In this document: positions 1 through 9,768 of the stretch, in pieces
How positions within the stretch are numbered: position 1 is the first letter of the stretch
Layout: every line of letters begins with the position of its first letter
Assembly: GCA_037190045.1 (NCBI GenBank)
Contig: JBBCIQ010000004.1
Location: 814,251-878,250 of the forward strand
DNA from: Bryobacteraceae bacterium
Lineage (GTDB): Bacteria > Acidobacteriota > Terriglobia > Bryobacterales > Bryobacteraceae
Direction of reading: 5' to 3'
Length of the DNA stretch: 64,000 nt
Notes under the pieces: model-generated
The model's input: only the letters and a program-made list of their open reading frames with translations
Databases searched by the model: none
Told to the model about the DNA's origin: nothing
Made by a program: the position numbers and the translations under genes

Positions 1-58
1 GATGATTGCGCTCTTCTTTGTCTATCGCAGCTTCTACAACATGCGAATCGAAAAGTAA
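1..58 (+). CDS. 3' end of an upstream CDS entering from the left edge (product unknown)
   Basis: Frame 2 reads ...MIALFFVYRSFYNMRIEK, then TAA at 56-58. The tail is hydrophobic and too short to identify. Frame 1 is also open from the edge into the ligase ORF, so this call is weak. Confidence 0.2.
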   Translation, partial: MIALFFVYRSFYNMRIEK

Positions 59-144
59 GGAACTCTTCTTGTTCTGAAAAGAGGCATGGATTCATTTCTA
101 TGCCTCTTTCTTTTTGTGATGACGGATCAGGGTATAACGGAAGC

Positions 145-1683
145 ATGTTGTTTGCGGATCTCGTAGAGACTTCGCGCAGGGTAGCCGGCACATCCCGGCG
201 TCTGTACAAGATCGAACTGCTCAGCCAGTTCCTTCGCCAGTTGAATCCACAGGAAGCAGAAGCAGCTATTGGATTTCTTTCGGGGATTATCCGGCAGGGC
301 CGGATTGGAGCGGGCTATGCGCTGGTGAAAAGCCTGCCTTCCGGTTCAGCCATTCAGTCATCTCTTTCTATCGGAGACATTGACCAGGCATTCACGGATT
401 TCCAGCAGATGCGCGGTACCGGATCAGCGAAGCGAAAACAGGAGCTTCTCCAGTCTGTTTTTGAGCGTGTCACACCTGAAGAGCATCACTTCTTGTCCAA
501 CCTGCTGATGGGGGAGATTCGTCAGGGTGCGCTGGAAGGCATCATGGTGGATGCTCTGGCCAAAGCTTCCGGCATTGAGGTGTCGCGTCTGCGGCGAGCC
601 GTCATGCTGGCAGGAAGCATTATTCCGGTAGCATGTCCGGCGCTGGAAAAAGGGGATGCTGGCATTGAACAGTTCTCCCTGCGACTCTTCCAGCCAGTGC
701 AGCCGATGCTGGCGCAGACATCGGAAGATCCCGAAGAAGCTCTGGCCGAGTTTGGAGAAGCTGCTTTCGAATATAAGTTTGATGGTGCGCGTATCCAGGT
801 TCACCGGCAGGGAAGCGACATCCGGGTTTTTTCGCGAGCTCTGAACGAAATCACTTCTGCGGTGCCGGAGGTCGTGGAAGCCGCCCTGGCACTTCCTGCA
901 CGTGAGTTTATTCTGGATGGCGAAGTGATCAGCATGCAGGATGATGGACGTCCGCGACCTTTTCAACAGACTGCGCGCCGGTTTGGTCGAAAGCTGGATC
1001 TGGATCGTGTGCGGCAGGAGCTTCCACTGACACCGTTCTGGTTCGATGCGCTGTATATGGACGGAGATTCTTTGATTGATGAAGTGCAGTCGCACCGATT
1101 CGCTGCCGTTCGTGCGGTTTCCCCTGCTGCGCATCTGATTCCGCATCTGGTCACTGGCGACAATGATCAGGCTTCAGGATTCCTGACACAGGCGCTGGAA
1201 CAGGGCCACGAAGGGGTAATGGCAAAAGCGACAAACTCTCTTTACTCAGCAGGAGCACGCGGACAGAGCTGGAAGAAGATCAAGAAGGTACATACTCTGG
1301 ATCTTGTTGTGCTGGCTGTAGAGTGGGGCAGCGGACGCAGAAAAGGATGGCTGAGCAATCTGCATCTTGGTGCTCGCGATCCGGAAAAAGGAGGCTTTGC
1401 CATGCTGGGCAAGACCTTCAAAGGAATGACCGATGAGATGCTTCAGTGGCAGACTGAAGAACTGCTGCGGCTGGAAACGGCACGCGATGAGTATACGGTA
1501 TACGTGGAGCCGAAACTGGTGGTTGAAATTGCATTCAACGATATCCAGATCAGCTCCCGTTATCCCAGCGGCCTTGCTCTTCGTTTTGCTCGTGTCAAAC
1601 GATACCGGACGGACAAGACTCCTGAACAGGCAGATACATATCAGACAGTGCTGGCCCTAGCGGGGAACCAGCATGTCGTTTAG
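145..1683 (+). CDS. ATP-dependent DNA ligase (three-domain LigB/Lig1-like)
   Basis: ORF 100..1683. Adenylation motif I EYKFDGARIQVH (KxDG lysine), ILDGEVI, FWFDALYMDG, GVMAKA, and OB-domain tail LRFARVKRYRTDK. Start moved to ATG 145 (MLFADLVETS), the usual N-terminus of this family. Confidence 0.9.
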   Translation: MLFADLVETSRRVAGTSRRLYKIELLSQFLRQLNPQEAEAAIGFLSGIIRQGRIGAGYALVKSLPSGSAIQSSLSIGDIDQAFTDFQQMRGTGSAKRKQELLQSVFERVTPEEHHFLSNLLMGEIRQGALEGIMVDALAKASGIEVSRLRRAVMLAGSIIPVACPALEKGDAGIEQFSLRLFQPVQPMLAQTSEDPEEALAEFGEAAFEYKFDGARIQVHRQGSDIRVFSRALNEITSAVPEVVEAALALPAREFILDGEVISMQDDGRPRPFQQTARRFGRKLDLDRVRQELPLTPFWFDALYMDGDSLIDEVQSHRFAAVRAVSPAAHLIPHLVTGDNDQASGFLTQALEQGHEGVMAKATNSLYSAGARGQSWKKIKKVHTLDLVVLAVEWGSGRRKGWLSNLHLGARDPEKGGFAMLGKTFKGMTDEMLQWQTEELLRLETARDEYTVYVEPKLVVEIAFNDIQISSRYPSGLALRFARVKRYRTDKTPEQADTYQTVLALAGNQHVV

Positions 1684-3417
1684 CTTTTTGATCTCCGCCG
1701 GATCAAATTTCAGCTTGCGGTCATAGGTCATCAGGCCGTTGATCTCCTGCTCCACATCGGTGAGCTGGGTGTAGCAGATCGCCATGATGTTGGGGAGTTT
1801 TGCAATTCCTTCCCACAGACTCTTCAGGCGAGCGAATGCTGCTTCCTGATTTGGTTCCACTCCGGCATAGCCCCATGCGTCGGACGGGACATTGGATCCC
1901 GGTGCGATATAGGAGATGCCTCCAAATTCACTCAGAAAAATAGGCGAACCGTTATAAGAGAATCCGGGAGCGAGTGCTTCTCTTCCATTGCGGGGGAACG
2001 GAACACCTGCCCCTTTTACGTCCTTATACTTGCTGACCAGAATGTCTCCTGTCCGTGCATAATCATGGATGCCGAAAAGATCAGTAATGTCTGTGTGTTC
2101 CCAGCCATCGTTATCGATCACGGGACGCGTGGGGTCCAGGGACTTCGTCAGCCAGTACATGGCCTTCAGGTGAGCGGACTGGCGCGGATCGTAAAGATTT
2201 GGCACTCCCCAGCTTTCATTGATGGGAATCCACATGATGACGGAAGGATGTGACGCGTCGCGTTCTACGGATTCAATCCATTCCTGCGTGAAACGGGCGA
2301 CATACTGCTCATCAAACAGATATGCATTGGCAGCTTCACTGGATACCAGAAATCCGCGCTTGTCCGCCCAGTAAAGGAATCGTGGGTCTTCCAGTTTCTG
2401 ATGCTTGCGGGCCCCATTGAATCCCATGGCGATCATCTGATCGATATCAAACTTGATCGCGTCGTCTGAAGGTGGCGTGAGTGTGGATTCCGGCCAGTAG
2501 CCCTGATCCAGTACTGTCTTCAGGAATACCGGGCGTCCATTGATCATGAACTTTCCGTTTTCAATGGTGACGGTACGGAATCCGAAATAACTCTGGACAC
2601 TGTCGAGAACCTGATCTCCTTTGCGGATTTGGAACTCCACATCATAAAGATTTGGTGCTCCCGGCCCCCACAGCTTTGGCTGTGCGACGACGACAGAAGC
2701 AGAGACCCGCTCATCGGATGCCGGAGTTTCCGTTGTGCTGAGAACAGTGGAGCCATCTTTCAGGATCGTGACCAGCTTCAGATCTTTCTGATGCCGGGAG
2801 ATCCGTGTATCAAAGCGGGCTGTTCCATCCATTTCGGCAGTGATGCGGATGCGATTCAGATAACTGTCGCCTGTGGCTTCCAGCCAGACGGGCTGCCATA
2901 TACCAGTGGTGCGGGTGTAGAAGATTCCTTTGGATTTCTGTTCCCAATACTGCTTGCCACGCGGAATATGTCGGTCTGTCGGCGGATCAATGGCGCGGAC
3001 CTTGATCTCATTGGCGCCAGCCTTCAGCTCATCGGTGATATCTGCATCAAAGGGAGTGCTGCCTCCCACATGGGATGCCACTTCTTTGCCATTCACCCAG
3101 ACGGTGGCAATGTAATCCACGGCTCCGAACTTCAGCAGGACCCTCTTCCCTTTCCAGGCAGCCGGAACCTGGATGGATCGCCGATACCAGACCTCCGGGT
3201 GGAAATCCGTGTCTCCGATTCCACTCAGTTTTGTTTCCACTGCAAAGGGAACGGTGATCTTCTTGTCGAAAGATTTTCCGTTATAGCCAAAGTCCCACGG
3301 GCCATTCAGGGATTGCCAGTTTTTCCGCTCGAACTGCGGTTGTGGATATTCAGAACGAGGAATCGACTGAGCAGCAAGGCTCAAAACACACAGGAACAGA
3401 GGAAACAGAGTCTTCAC
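1657..3417 (-). CDS. Glycoside hydrolase family 2 (beta-galactosidase/beta-glucuronidase-like), secreted
   Basis: Signal peptide MKTLFPLFLCVLSLAAQ. GH2 sugar-binding and TIM-barrel blocks are present, including VWVNG and IMWIPINESWG (acid/base NE). Its 3' end overlaps the ligase 3' end by 27 nt (convergent). Confidence 0.85.
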   Translation of the reverse strand: MKTLFPLFLCVLSLAAQSIPRSEYPQPQFERKNWQSLNGPWDFGYNGKSFDKKITVPFAVETKLSGIGDTDFHPEVWYRRSIQVPAAWKGKRVLLKFGAVDYIATVWVNGKEVASHVGGSTPFDADITDELKAGANEIKVRAIDPPTDRHIPRGKQYWEQKSKGIFYTRTTGIWQPVWLEATGDSYLNRIRITAEMDGTARFDTRISRHQKDLKLVTILKDGSTVLSTTETPASDERVSASVVVAQPKLWGPGAPNLYDVEFQIRKGDQVLDSVQSYFGFRTVTIENGKFMINGRPVFLKTVLDQGYWPESTLTPPSDDAIKFDIDQMIAMGFNGARKHQKLEDPRFLYWADKRGFLVSSEAANAYLFDEQYVARFTQEWIESVERDASHPSVIMWIPINESWGVPNLYDPRQSAHLKAMYWLTKSLDPTRPVIDNDGWEHTDITDLFGIHDYARTGDILVSKYKDVKGAGVPFPRNGREALAPGFSYNGSPIFLSEFGGISYIAPGSNVPSDAWGYAGVEPNQEAAFARLKSLWEGIAKLPNIMAICYTQLTDVEQEINGLMTYDRKLKFDPAEIKKLNDMLVPR

Positions 3418-3474
3418 AATGTCTCTAGGGTAATGCAGATCGGAAAGTTTACAATCTGCGAAACGTCGCAGAAT

Positions 3475-3852
3475 CTAGCTCTGGTTCGAATACAAAAATA
3501 GAATTCCTGTCAGAGGAAGGCCAATGATGGTTAGCCAGAAGGCTACATACAAAAGTTTCAGAGGGATACTGCCGAAGTCGCCAAAGTTGAGTGGTTCCAC
3601 TGCCTCAACGGTATAAATGCGGGGATCAGACCGGCGGGCATCATAGATTTCCAGAGTGCGTCCGCTGTATGCGTCCACACAGACGAAGCTGGCATCCCGA
3701 CGGCTGGGAGCACTTCCGGCTGTTCCAAAGATGACATAGTGCGTGGTCAGGCGGGAAGGCAGAATCAGACTGGTTGGTTTCAGTCCCGGCAATGCAGTGC
3801 GAGCCGCATACATTGCCTGTTCAGCGCTGATTAATGGCAGGTCAGTCCACAT
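3475..3852 (-). CDS. PepSY-like domain plus C-terminal TM helix (possible 3' piece of a split PepSY-TM gene)
   Basis: Translation ...CVDAYSGRTLEIYDARR...LNFGDFGSIPLKLLYVAFWLTIIGLPLTGILFLY resembles the PepSY/PepSY-associated TM pattern. The family call is from memory of the motif. Confidence 0.4.
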   Translation of the reverse strand: MWTDLPLISAEQAMYAARTALPGLKPTSLILPSRLTTHYVIFGTAGSAPSRRDASFVCVDAYSGRTLEIYDARRSDPRIYTVEAVEPLNFGDFGSIPLKLLYVAFWLTIIGLPLTGILFLYSNQS

Positions 3853-3874
3853 GAAGACTCAACTCACTTCCGGG

Positions 3875-3979
3875 TTAACCGATAGCAGGCAGAGTCAGGC
3901 TGAGTCCGAACAGAATCAACGACTGAGCGAAGATCGAGAGGCCCCAGAGGATTGCGGATTTAATATTTCGATTGGTCAT
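3875..3979 (-). other. 34-codon ORF encoding one TM helix, directly upstream of the PepSY-like ORF in another frame
   Basis: Hand translation gives MTNRNIKSAILWGLSIFAQSLILFGLSLTLPAIG, then TAA at 3875-3877. It is not in the ORF track because it is under 60 aa. It could be the N-terminal TM piece of a frameshifted PepSY-TM gene. Confidence 0.25.
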
Positions 3980-4080
3980 ATATGCAAATCAATTGCAATT
4001 ATAGCAATTCAGGACTGAAATAGTCCAGAATCTATTGAATGGTATAAATTTTTTTCTGAAATGTGCCGATAGACAGTTGA

Positions 4081-4734
4081 ATGCAACCGTGGATACTTCT
4101 TCTCCTCTTTGTTCAGACGCCCACATCTTATGAAATGTCACGTCTCCGGATGGAAGAATCCATCACGAAGCAGCGAGAGTCGGTACGCCAGCAGGCGATC
4201 TTCATTCATCTGTATCCTGCTGATAATGAAACACCTTTCTTTTCCAATCCGTGGCCACGGGTGACCGATCCGGGCGAAATTGCCCTTACCTCCCCGATTT
4301 GTGATCCTCTCCCGCGACAGGATCTGGAGCGGATGATCACTCATGCGGCGAAAAGCAACAAACTGCCGGATCTGTTGATCCGGACTGTGATCCACAAGGA
4401 ATCTGCAGGAGATCCCTGTGTACTATCCACTGCCGGGGCCATGGGCCTGATGCAGTTGATGCCGGAAACTGCGCAAACCTTCAGGGTGAGAGATCCATGG
4501 AATCCTGTCCAGAATATTGAAGCAGGGTCGAAATTTCTAAAGCAGATGCTGGCGCGCTACGAAGGGAATCTGTCATTGGCTCTTGCCGCCTATAATGCCG
4601 GACCGGGAAATGTGGACAGGTATGAAGGAGTTCCGCCTTTTGCAGAAACGCAGAACTATGTAGAGGGGATTCTCAGGGAACTGCAGCCCCGACCCGGAGA
4701 TACGGGCCGGGAAATTGCTCCACCTGTTCAGTGA
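4081..4734 (+). CDS. Lytic transglycosylase (SLT/GH23 domain)
   Basis: Catalytic-Glu block HKESAGDPCVLSTAGAMGLMQLMPETA and AYNAGPGNV. Confidence 0.85.
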   Translation: MQPWILLLLFVQTPTSYEMSRLRMEESITKQRESVRQQAIFIHLYPADNETPFFSNPWPRVTDPGEIALTSPICDPLPRQDLERMITHAAKSNKLPDLLIRTVIHKESAGDPCVLSTAGAMGLMQLMPETAQTFRVRDPWNPVQNIEAGSKFLKQMLARYEGNLSLALAAYNAGPGNVDRYEGVPPFAETQNYVEGILRELQPRPGDTGREIAPPVQ

Positions 4735-5328
4735 TTATTTTTTGGGAAACTTTGGATCGGCTTTTACTTCCAGGATCTGTGCCACATGGCGTTCATTATG
4801 CGCTGACATGAAGAGAATCCACTGGACGCTGTCCAGTTCTCCAAGCGGCGAGGGCTGGAAATGATTCCGAAGGTCGATTTTTGTGGTCCGTGCCCAGTCC
4901 AGTGTCACGCCACGAGCTTCCTGGAAGGCGGCAGCACCGGCAGGCGCGGTGGAATAGATTCCTTTGGGGACAAATGGATCGGGAGCTTTGAACTTCTGGC
5001 TACGATCCGGCACTCCCTTCAGGATGTTTTCATCGGGTACTTTTGTTGCCGGAGCCTTTCCGGCAGGTGAATCTGCTGTTTTCTTTACGCCTTCAAACAG
5101 ACCTTTTTCTGCCAGAACCAGATGCTCGACGACTTCTCCGACAGACCATCTGTCCGGGGCGGACTTGAACTTCCACTGTGCATGGCTGAGTCCTTCGATT
5201 GCGTCGAGCAGCTGTTTCTGTGAGCTGTGCAGATAGCTGAGCATTCTGTCGCGATCTCCCTGCTTGAGTTCCTGTGCGGAGAGACTCGCCACGGCGAGGG
5301 TCAGACATAAAAAAGCCTTGGTCATCAA
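4735..5328 (-). CDS. DinB-family (DinB_2) protein with signal peptide
   Basis: MMTKAFLCLTLAVASLSAQ leader. DinB-like four-helix pattern with HLVLAE ... SAHNERHVAQI. Its stop abuts the stop of the convergent transglycosylase gene with zero spacing. Confidence 0.75.
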   Translation of the reverse strand: MMTKAFLCLTLAVASLSAQELKQGDRDRMLSYLHSSQKQLLDAIEGLSHAQWKFKSAPDRWSVGEVVEHLVLAEKGLFEGVKKTADSPAGKAPATKVPDENILKGVPDRSQKFKAPDPFVPKGIYSTAPAGAAAFQEARGVTLDWARTTKIDLRNHFQPSPLGELDSVQWILFMSAHNERHVAQILEVKADPKFPKK

Positions 5329-5392
5329 CTCGGTTTTAGCATGGACTGACGGGTTCCGCGATGGGAGAAAATCCCGTAGAATCGCAGGCGTG

Positions 5393-7120
5393 ATGAAAAC
5401 ATGCCTCGTACTGCTTCTGTCCGTGGCGGTTCTGGCGCAGCCTCAGCCAGATGATCCTCGCACACGATGGTTCCGGGAAGACAAATTCGGATTGTTCATT
5501 CATTGGGGACCTTACTCCGTGATCGGGCGGCATGAATGGGCACGGCAGTTTTTCCAGATTCCTCAGGCCGAGTACGATGTCTTTGCCCGGCAGTTCAATC
5601 CGGTCAACTTTCAACCCGATGAGTGGGTATCCCTTGCCAAAAATGCCGGAGCTAAATATATCGTTCTGACCTCCAAGCATCATGATGGCTTTGCTATCTG
5701 GAAATCGAAGGTTTCAGATTACGACATTGAGATCACGCCGTATCGGAACGATCCCTTTGGGCAACTGGCAGAAGCCGCACGGAAACAGGGAATGCGGTTT
5801 GGTTTCTATCACTCCATCATGGACTGGCATCATCCCGACTACCGTCCGCGAAGGCCCTGGGAATATCCCGGTGATGGAGAGCAGGAGAAGAGCCCCACCA
5901 ATCCTTCCAATCTTCGCTATATCGCCTTCATGAAAGAGCAGCTGCGGGAACTTCTGACCAACTACGGGGATATTGCTGTGGTCTGGTTTGATGGCGAATG
6001 GGAACACACGCTGCGCGATAACAGGATGGATGACGATGTGTATGACTTCATTCGCAAGATCCAACCCAATACGCTGATCAATGACCGGCTCTATGAACGA
6101 AAGCCCGGAAATCGTGCGGATTTTGGAACGCCGGAGCAATATGTTCCTGCGACAGGCATCCGTTCTCCTGATGGAAAGCCCGTGTTGTGGGAGGCCTGCG
6201 TCACTATCAATGAATCGTCGTGGGGATATAACCGCTATGAGACGGAATTCAAGACGGACAGGGACCTGATCCGCATGCTGGTAGAGGTGGTTTCAAAAGG
6301 CGGAAATCTTCTTCTGAATGTCGGTCCCACGCCGGATGGCAGAATCCAGCAGGAATTCGTGACCCGGCTGCAGGCGATGGGGCAATGGATGAAGGTAAAC
6401 AGCGATTCCATCTATGGAACCACCGCCAGTCCGTTTGAGAAGCTGCCTTTCTTCGGGCGTGCGACGGTAAAACGTGACAGGCTTTTTCTGCACGTCTTCC
6501 AGTGGCCCCGGAATGGCAGGCTTCGTGTGCCCGGTCTGAAAAATCAGGTGAAATCGGCCGGTATACTGGCCGATCAAAAGGTACGCCTGACCGTGAATAG
6601 AGAAGGAGAGGATGTCCTGATCCAGTTGCCTTCCACGGCACCGGATGAGATCGCTTCTGTCATTGAACTGAAGCTGGACGGACCTCCGCAGGTTGGCCCA
6701 TACGTCATTCATCCCGAGAGTGATGGTTCCATTGAACTCGGTATTGAATCCGCAGAGATTGATACGCGGTTTGAGCAGAGAGCAAAGAAAGAGAATTTTC
6801 TGGGGCATGTATTCCTGACACGATGGACACGGACAGATGATGTTCCTTACTGGAACTTTTCACTCCCCAAGGGTGGACGATACCGGGCAGAGATTGTCTA
6901 TGCGTCCGCCATGGGGGAACCACAAAAACTGACAGTAGAAGCGGGAGGGAAATCCTATGAACTGACAGCTCCTTCAACCGGAGGAGAATTTGTCTTCCGT
7001 CCGGCAAAGGATGTCATCGAGCTGGATCTGCCTGCCGGTGAACAATCACTGCGGGTGAAACCTGCTGCAGCTCTGTCCCGGTTCAGCTTTGAAAAAGTGA
7101 GATTGATTCCATTGCCGTGA
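5393..7120 (+). CDS. Alpha-L-fucosidase (GH29) with C-terminal beta-rich extension
   Basis: FGLFIHWGPYSV, KHHDGFAIW and VWFDGEW blocks. Start moved from 5264 to ATG 5393 (MKTCLVLLLSVAVLAQP signal peptide), which removes the overlap with the DinB gene. Confidence 0.9.
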   Translation: MKTCLVLLLSVAVLAQPQPDDPRTRWFREDKFGLFIHWGPYSVIGRHEWARQFFQIPQAEYDVFARQFNPVNFQPDEWVSLAKNAGAKYIVLTSKHHDGFAIWKSKVSDYDIEITPYRNDPFGQLAEAARKQGMRFGFYHSIMDWHHPDYRPRRPWEYPGDGEQEKSPTNPSNLRYIAFMKEQLRELLTNYGDIAVVWFDGEWEHTLRDNRMDDDVYDFIRKIQPNTLINDRLYERKPGNRADFGTPEQYVPATGIRSPDGKPVLWEACVTINESSWGYNRYETEFKTDRDLIRMLVEVVSKGGNLLLNVGPTPDGRIQQEFVTRLQAMGQWMKVNSDSIYGTTASPFEKLPFFGRATVKRDRLFLHVFQWPRNGRLRVPGLKNQVKSAGILADQKVRLTVNREGEDVLIQLPSTAPDEIASVIELKLDGPPQVGPYVIHPESDGSIELGIESAEIDTRFEQRAKKENFLGHVFLTRWTRTDDVPYWNFSLPKGGRYRAEIVYASAMGEPQKLTVEAGGKSYELTAPSTGGEFVFRPAKDVIELDLPAGEQSLRVKPAAALSRFSFEKVRLIPLP

Positions 7121-7153
7121 ACTTTCTCAGAAAGGATGCGTATTGATTCTGTA

Positions 7154-7870
7154 ATGAAGTATTTCCTCTTTGCAAGCTTATGTGTAGCTTTGGCCGGATG
7201 TGGCCCTCATATGGATCGCCTGGATGAGGAACTTGTCGAGGGCAAAGAAACCGTCGCCATTGAGCGAGGCAAAGTAGAAATGGTGCGTATGGAACTGGTG
7301 ATGTCTGCGGGAGAGGTTTCTCTGAAAGGTGGTGCTTCCAAACTGCTGGAAGGAACTCTTTTCTATAACATCCCTTCTATGAAGCCGGTTGTCCGCTATG
7401 AGGACACAGGGTTTCGCGGCCATTTGTTGATTGATCAGAGCGGAGATTCCTCCATCCATATCGGCAAAAACATCCGAAATAAATGGGAGCTGGCAGCAGA
7501 TAACAACATCCCTCTTGATCTGATTCTCAGGATGGGAGCCGGGGAAAGCCGTCTGATATTGGGAGAAATGACACTTCGTCGTGTGGAGGTCAATGTCGGA
7601 GCCGGGAAGATGACTATGGATCTGCGTGGAGACCCGCAGAAAGACTATGACGTCGAAGTCCATGGTGGAGTTGGCGAAGCAACCATTCATCTTCCGACTG
7701 ATATTGGGGTGAGCGTCAATGCCCGTGGAGGGCTGGGAGAGATCAAGACCAGTGGTGATCTTCGTAAAGATGGTCCAAGCTACGTCAATTCAGCCTATGG
7801 AAAATCTGGTGTGACTGTCCGGGTTGATGTGCAGGGAGGCATCGGTCAGATTAACCTCCACTGCGACTAA
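7154..7870 (+). CDS. Lipoprotein with toastrack/LiaF-C-like (DUF2154-type) beta-repeat domain
   Basis: Lipobox MKYFLFASLCVALAGC at ATG 7154. Repeated G-x-G-E/K strands (VGAGKMTMDL, GGVGEATIHL, GGLGEIKT, GGIGQINL). Confidence 0.6.
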   Translation: MKYFLFASLCVALAGCGPHMDRLDEELVEGKETVAIERGKVEMVRMELVMSAGEVSLKGGASKLLEGTLFYNIPSMKPVVRYEDTGFRGHLLIDQSGDSSIHIGKNIRNKWELAADNNIPLDLILRMGAGESRLILGEMTLRRVEVNVGAGKMTMDLRGDPQKDYDVEVHGGVGEATIHLPTDIGVSVNARGGLGEIKTSGDLRKDGPSYVNSAYGKSGVTVRVDVQGGIGQINLHCD

Positions 7871-7880
7871 GCACTCAGAG

Positions 7881-9086
7881 TCAGGCAGCCTTGATGGCAC
7901 TGGCATTCTTTTCAATTTTTGCGATTGCTTCTGCTATCTGTTCCATTCCCCGGCGTGTATCCAGCATCATGGTTTGCGTGAACCAGACAGCTTGTGAACA
8001 TAGCTTGTTGTTTACAGGGCAGGTCTCGAGTGACATGGGACCATAGCCGGAAGAGCAGGGAATTCCTTCAGCGCGAAGTGCCTTGATGAACTGGTCACGA
8101 CTTAATGCTCCGTCATAGCGAAACATATAAAGATGCCAAGCATTACGTGTACATCCACCGTATAGTTCCTGGGGGGAAATTCCGGGAATTTTGGTCAGCA
8201 TGGAAGAAAGATAGAGCGCATTGACACTGCGCAGTCGAGCCTGTTCTTCGACGCGTGCCATCTGGGCGAGTAGCAGTGCAGCCTGGAACTCTGTCAGGCG
8301 ACCGTTCATTCCTCTGCCCTGGTAGTTGAAATCCCCACCTGCTTTTCTGCCGCGTCCGTTGTTGTGGAATGCATAGCACTTCTCGATGAACTCTTCGTTA
8401 TTGGAGAGAATCGCGCCACCTTCGCCGGAGTTCAGATTCTTCGATGCCTGAAAGCTGAAACAACCTGCAAGCCCATAAGTCCCTACCTGTCTTTCCTTCC
8501 ACTGTCCAAGATGAGCCTGACAGGCATCTTCAATGACAGGGATGTTTCGCTTCTTCGCGATGCTCAGGATGGTATCCAGATCTGCACTGGCTCCGCCCAG
8601 ATGAACGGGCATGATCGCTTTGGTGCGCGGAGTAATGGCGGTTTCAATCTTTGCTGCATCAATCTGGAAAGTTTCCAGATCAGAATCAACATACACCGGT
8701 TTGGCCCGGTGCAGTTCCACTGCGTTGACTGTCGCGATGAAAGTATAAGGCGGAATGATTACTTCATCTCCCGGTCCGATACCCAGTGCTCCAAGAACAG
8801 TGATGAGTGCGCTGGTGCCGCTTGCCGTCGTCAGGCAATACTTCGCTTGTGTGAAACGTGCGTATTCCTCTTCAAACTGGTTGACCAGAGCTCCATTGCC
8901 TCGTCCCCAGCGCCCGCTTTTCAGGACAGAAACAATTGCTTTTTCCTCGGTCTCATCCTGTACTGGCCAGCTGGGCCACTTCTCTTTTCTGACCGGTTCG
9001 CCGCCTAGCAGGGCAGGACTGGCGCTCACTGCAAATGCAGCACCAGCTAGCAGATTTCGTCGCGTCAACCCGGAGCTTGTCATCAT
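7881..9086 (-). CDS. DegT/DnrJ/EryC1/StrS-family PLP aminotransferase carrying a twin-arginine signal
   Basis: N-terminus MMTSSGLTRRNLLAGAAFAVSASPALLG (Tat-like). DegT blocks TSGTSALITVLGALGIGPGDEVIIPPYTFIAT and FSFQASKNLNSGEGG (PLP lysine). The ORF track starts at 9143, and the internal ATGs at 9086/9083 fit the signal peptide better. Confidence 0.85.
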   Translation of the reverse strand: MMTSSGLTRRNLLAGAAFAVSASPALLGGEPVRKEKWPSWPVQDETEEKAIVSVLKSGRWGRGNGALVNQFEEEYARFTQAKYCLTTASGTSALITVLGALGIGPGDEVIIPPYTFIATVNAVELHRAKPVYVDSDLETFQIDAAKIETAITPRTKAIMPVHLGGASADLDTILSIAKKRNIPVIEDACQAHLGQWKERQVGTYGLAGCFSFQASKNLNSGEGGAILSNNEEFIEKCYAFHNNGRGRKAGGDFNYQGRGMNGRLTEFQAALLLAQMARVEEQARLRSVNALYLSSMLTKIPGISPQELYGGCTRNAWHLYMFRYDGALSRDQFIKALRAEGIPCSSGYGPMSLETCPVNNKLCSQAVWFTQTMMLDTRRGMEQIAEAIAKIEKNASAIKAA

Positions 9087-9093
9087 GGAATGA

Positions 9094-9756
9094 ATGTTAC
9101 TCCAGAATGAGATCGTCAGTTGCCGGAAATGTCCGCGTCTCATTGCCCATTGTCAGGAAATCGCGAAAGTAAAGCGTCGTGCATACCGCGATCAAGAATA
9201 CTGGGGAAAGCCTGTGCCGGGATTTGGAGATCCGGATGCGGAGTTGCTCATTGTCGGACTGGCTCCCGGCGCACATGGAGCAAACCGGACAGGGCGCATG
9301 TTTACGGGAGACCGTTCCGGAGAATATCTTCATCGTGCACTCTATGAAACAGGATTCGCCAATCAGCCCACCAGCATCTCCCGCGATGATGGGCTGGAGT
9401 TACTCAACTGCTACATCACTGCGCCCGTGCATTGTGCACCTCCTGACAACAAGCCCACGCGGGAAGAGATTGCTACGTGTATCGATTATCTGCGCCGGGA
9501 GATCCCTCTATTGAAGAATCTTCGGGTAGTTGTGGTGCTGGGCAGGATTGCACTGGATGCTTATCGTACGGTGCAACAGCTGCCAAGGTTGGATTTTGGT
9601 CATGGTCTGGTCCACGACCAGCTCAATCCGCCCGTGATCTGCAGTTATCATCCCAGCCAGCAGAATACGCAGACGGGACGCCTCACGGCGGAAATGCTCA
9701 GGAATGTTTTTGAACTAGCCAGTCAGCGGATAACACAGAAAAAACACGCGCTTTAG
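9094..9756 (+). CDS. Uracil-DNA glycosylase, family 5 (UdgB-like, Fe-S)
   Basis: CRKCPRL cysteine cluster, GLAPGAHGANRTGRMFTGD, and HPSQQNTQTGRLT near the C-terminus. This matches the UdgB pattern as I remember it. Confidence 0.85.
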   Translation: MLLQNEIVSCRKCPRLIAHCQEIAKVKRRAYRDQEYWGKPVPGFGDPDAELLIVGLAPGAHGANRTGRMFTGDRSGEYLHRALYETGFANQPTSISRDDGLELLNCYITAPVHCAPPDNKPTREEIATCIDYLRREIPLLKNLRVVVVLGRIALDAYRTVQQLPRLDFGHGLVHDQLNPPVICSYHPSQQNTQTGRLTAEMLRNVFELASQRITQKKHAL

Positions 9757-9768
9757 CTATACCTGCCT

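Noticed and set aside
3743-4018. A 91-aa plus-strand ORF across the PepSY-like gene start and the intergenic region.
   Set aside because: It is antisense to better-supported minus-strand coding sequence and has no motif or translation signals.
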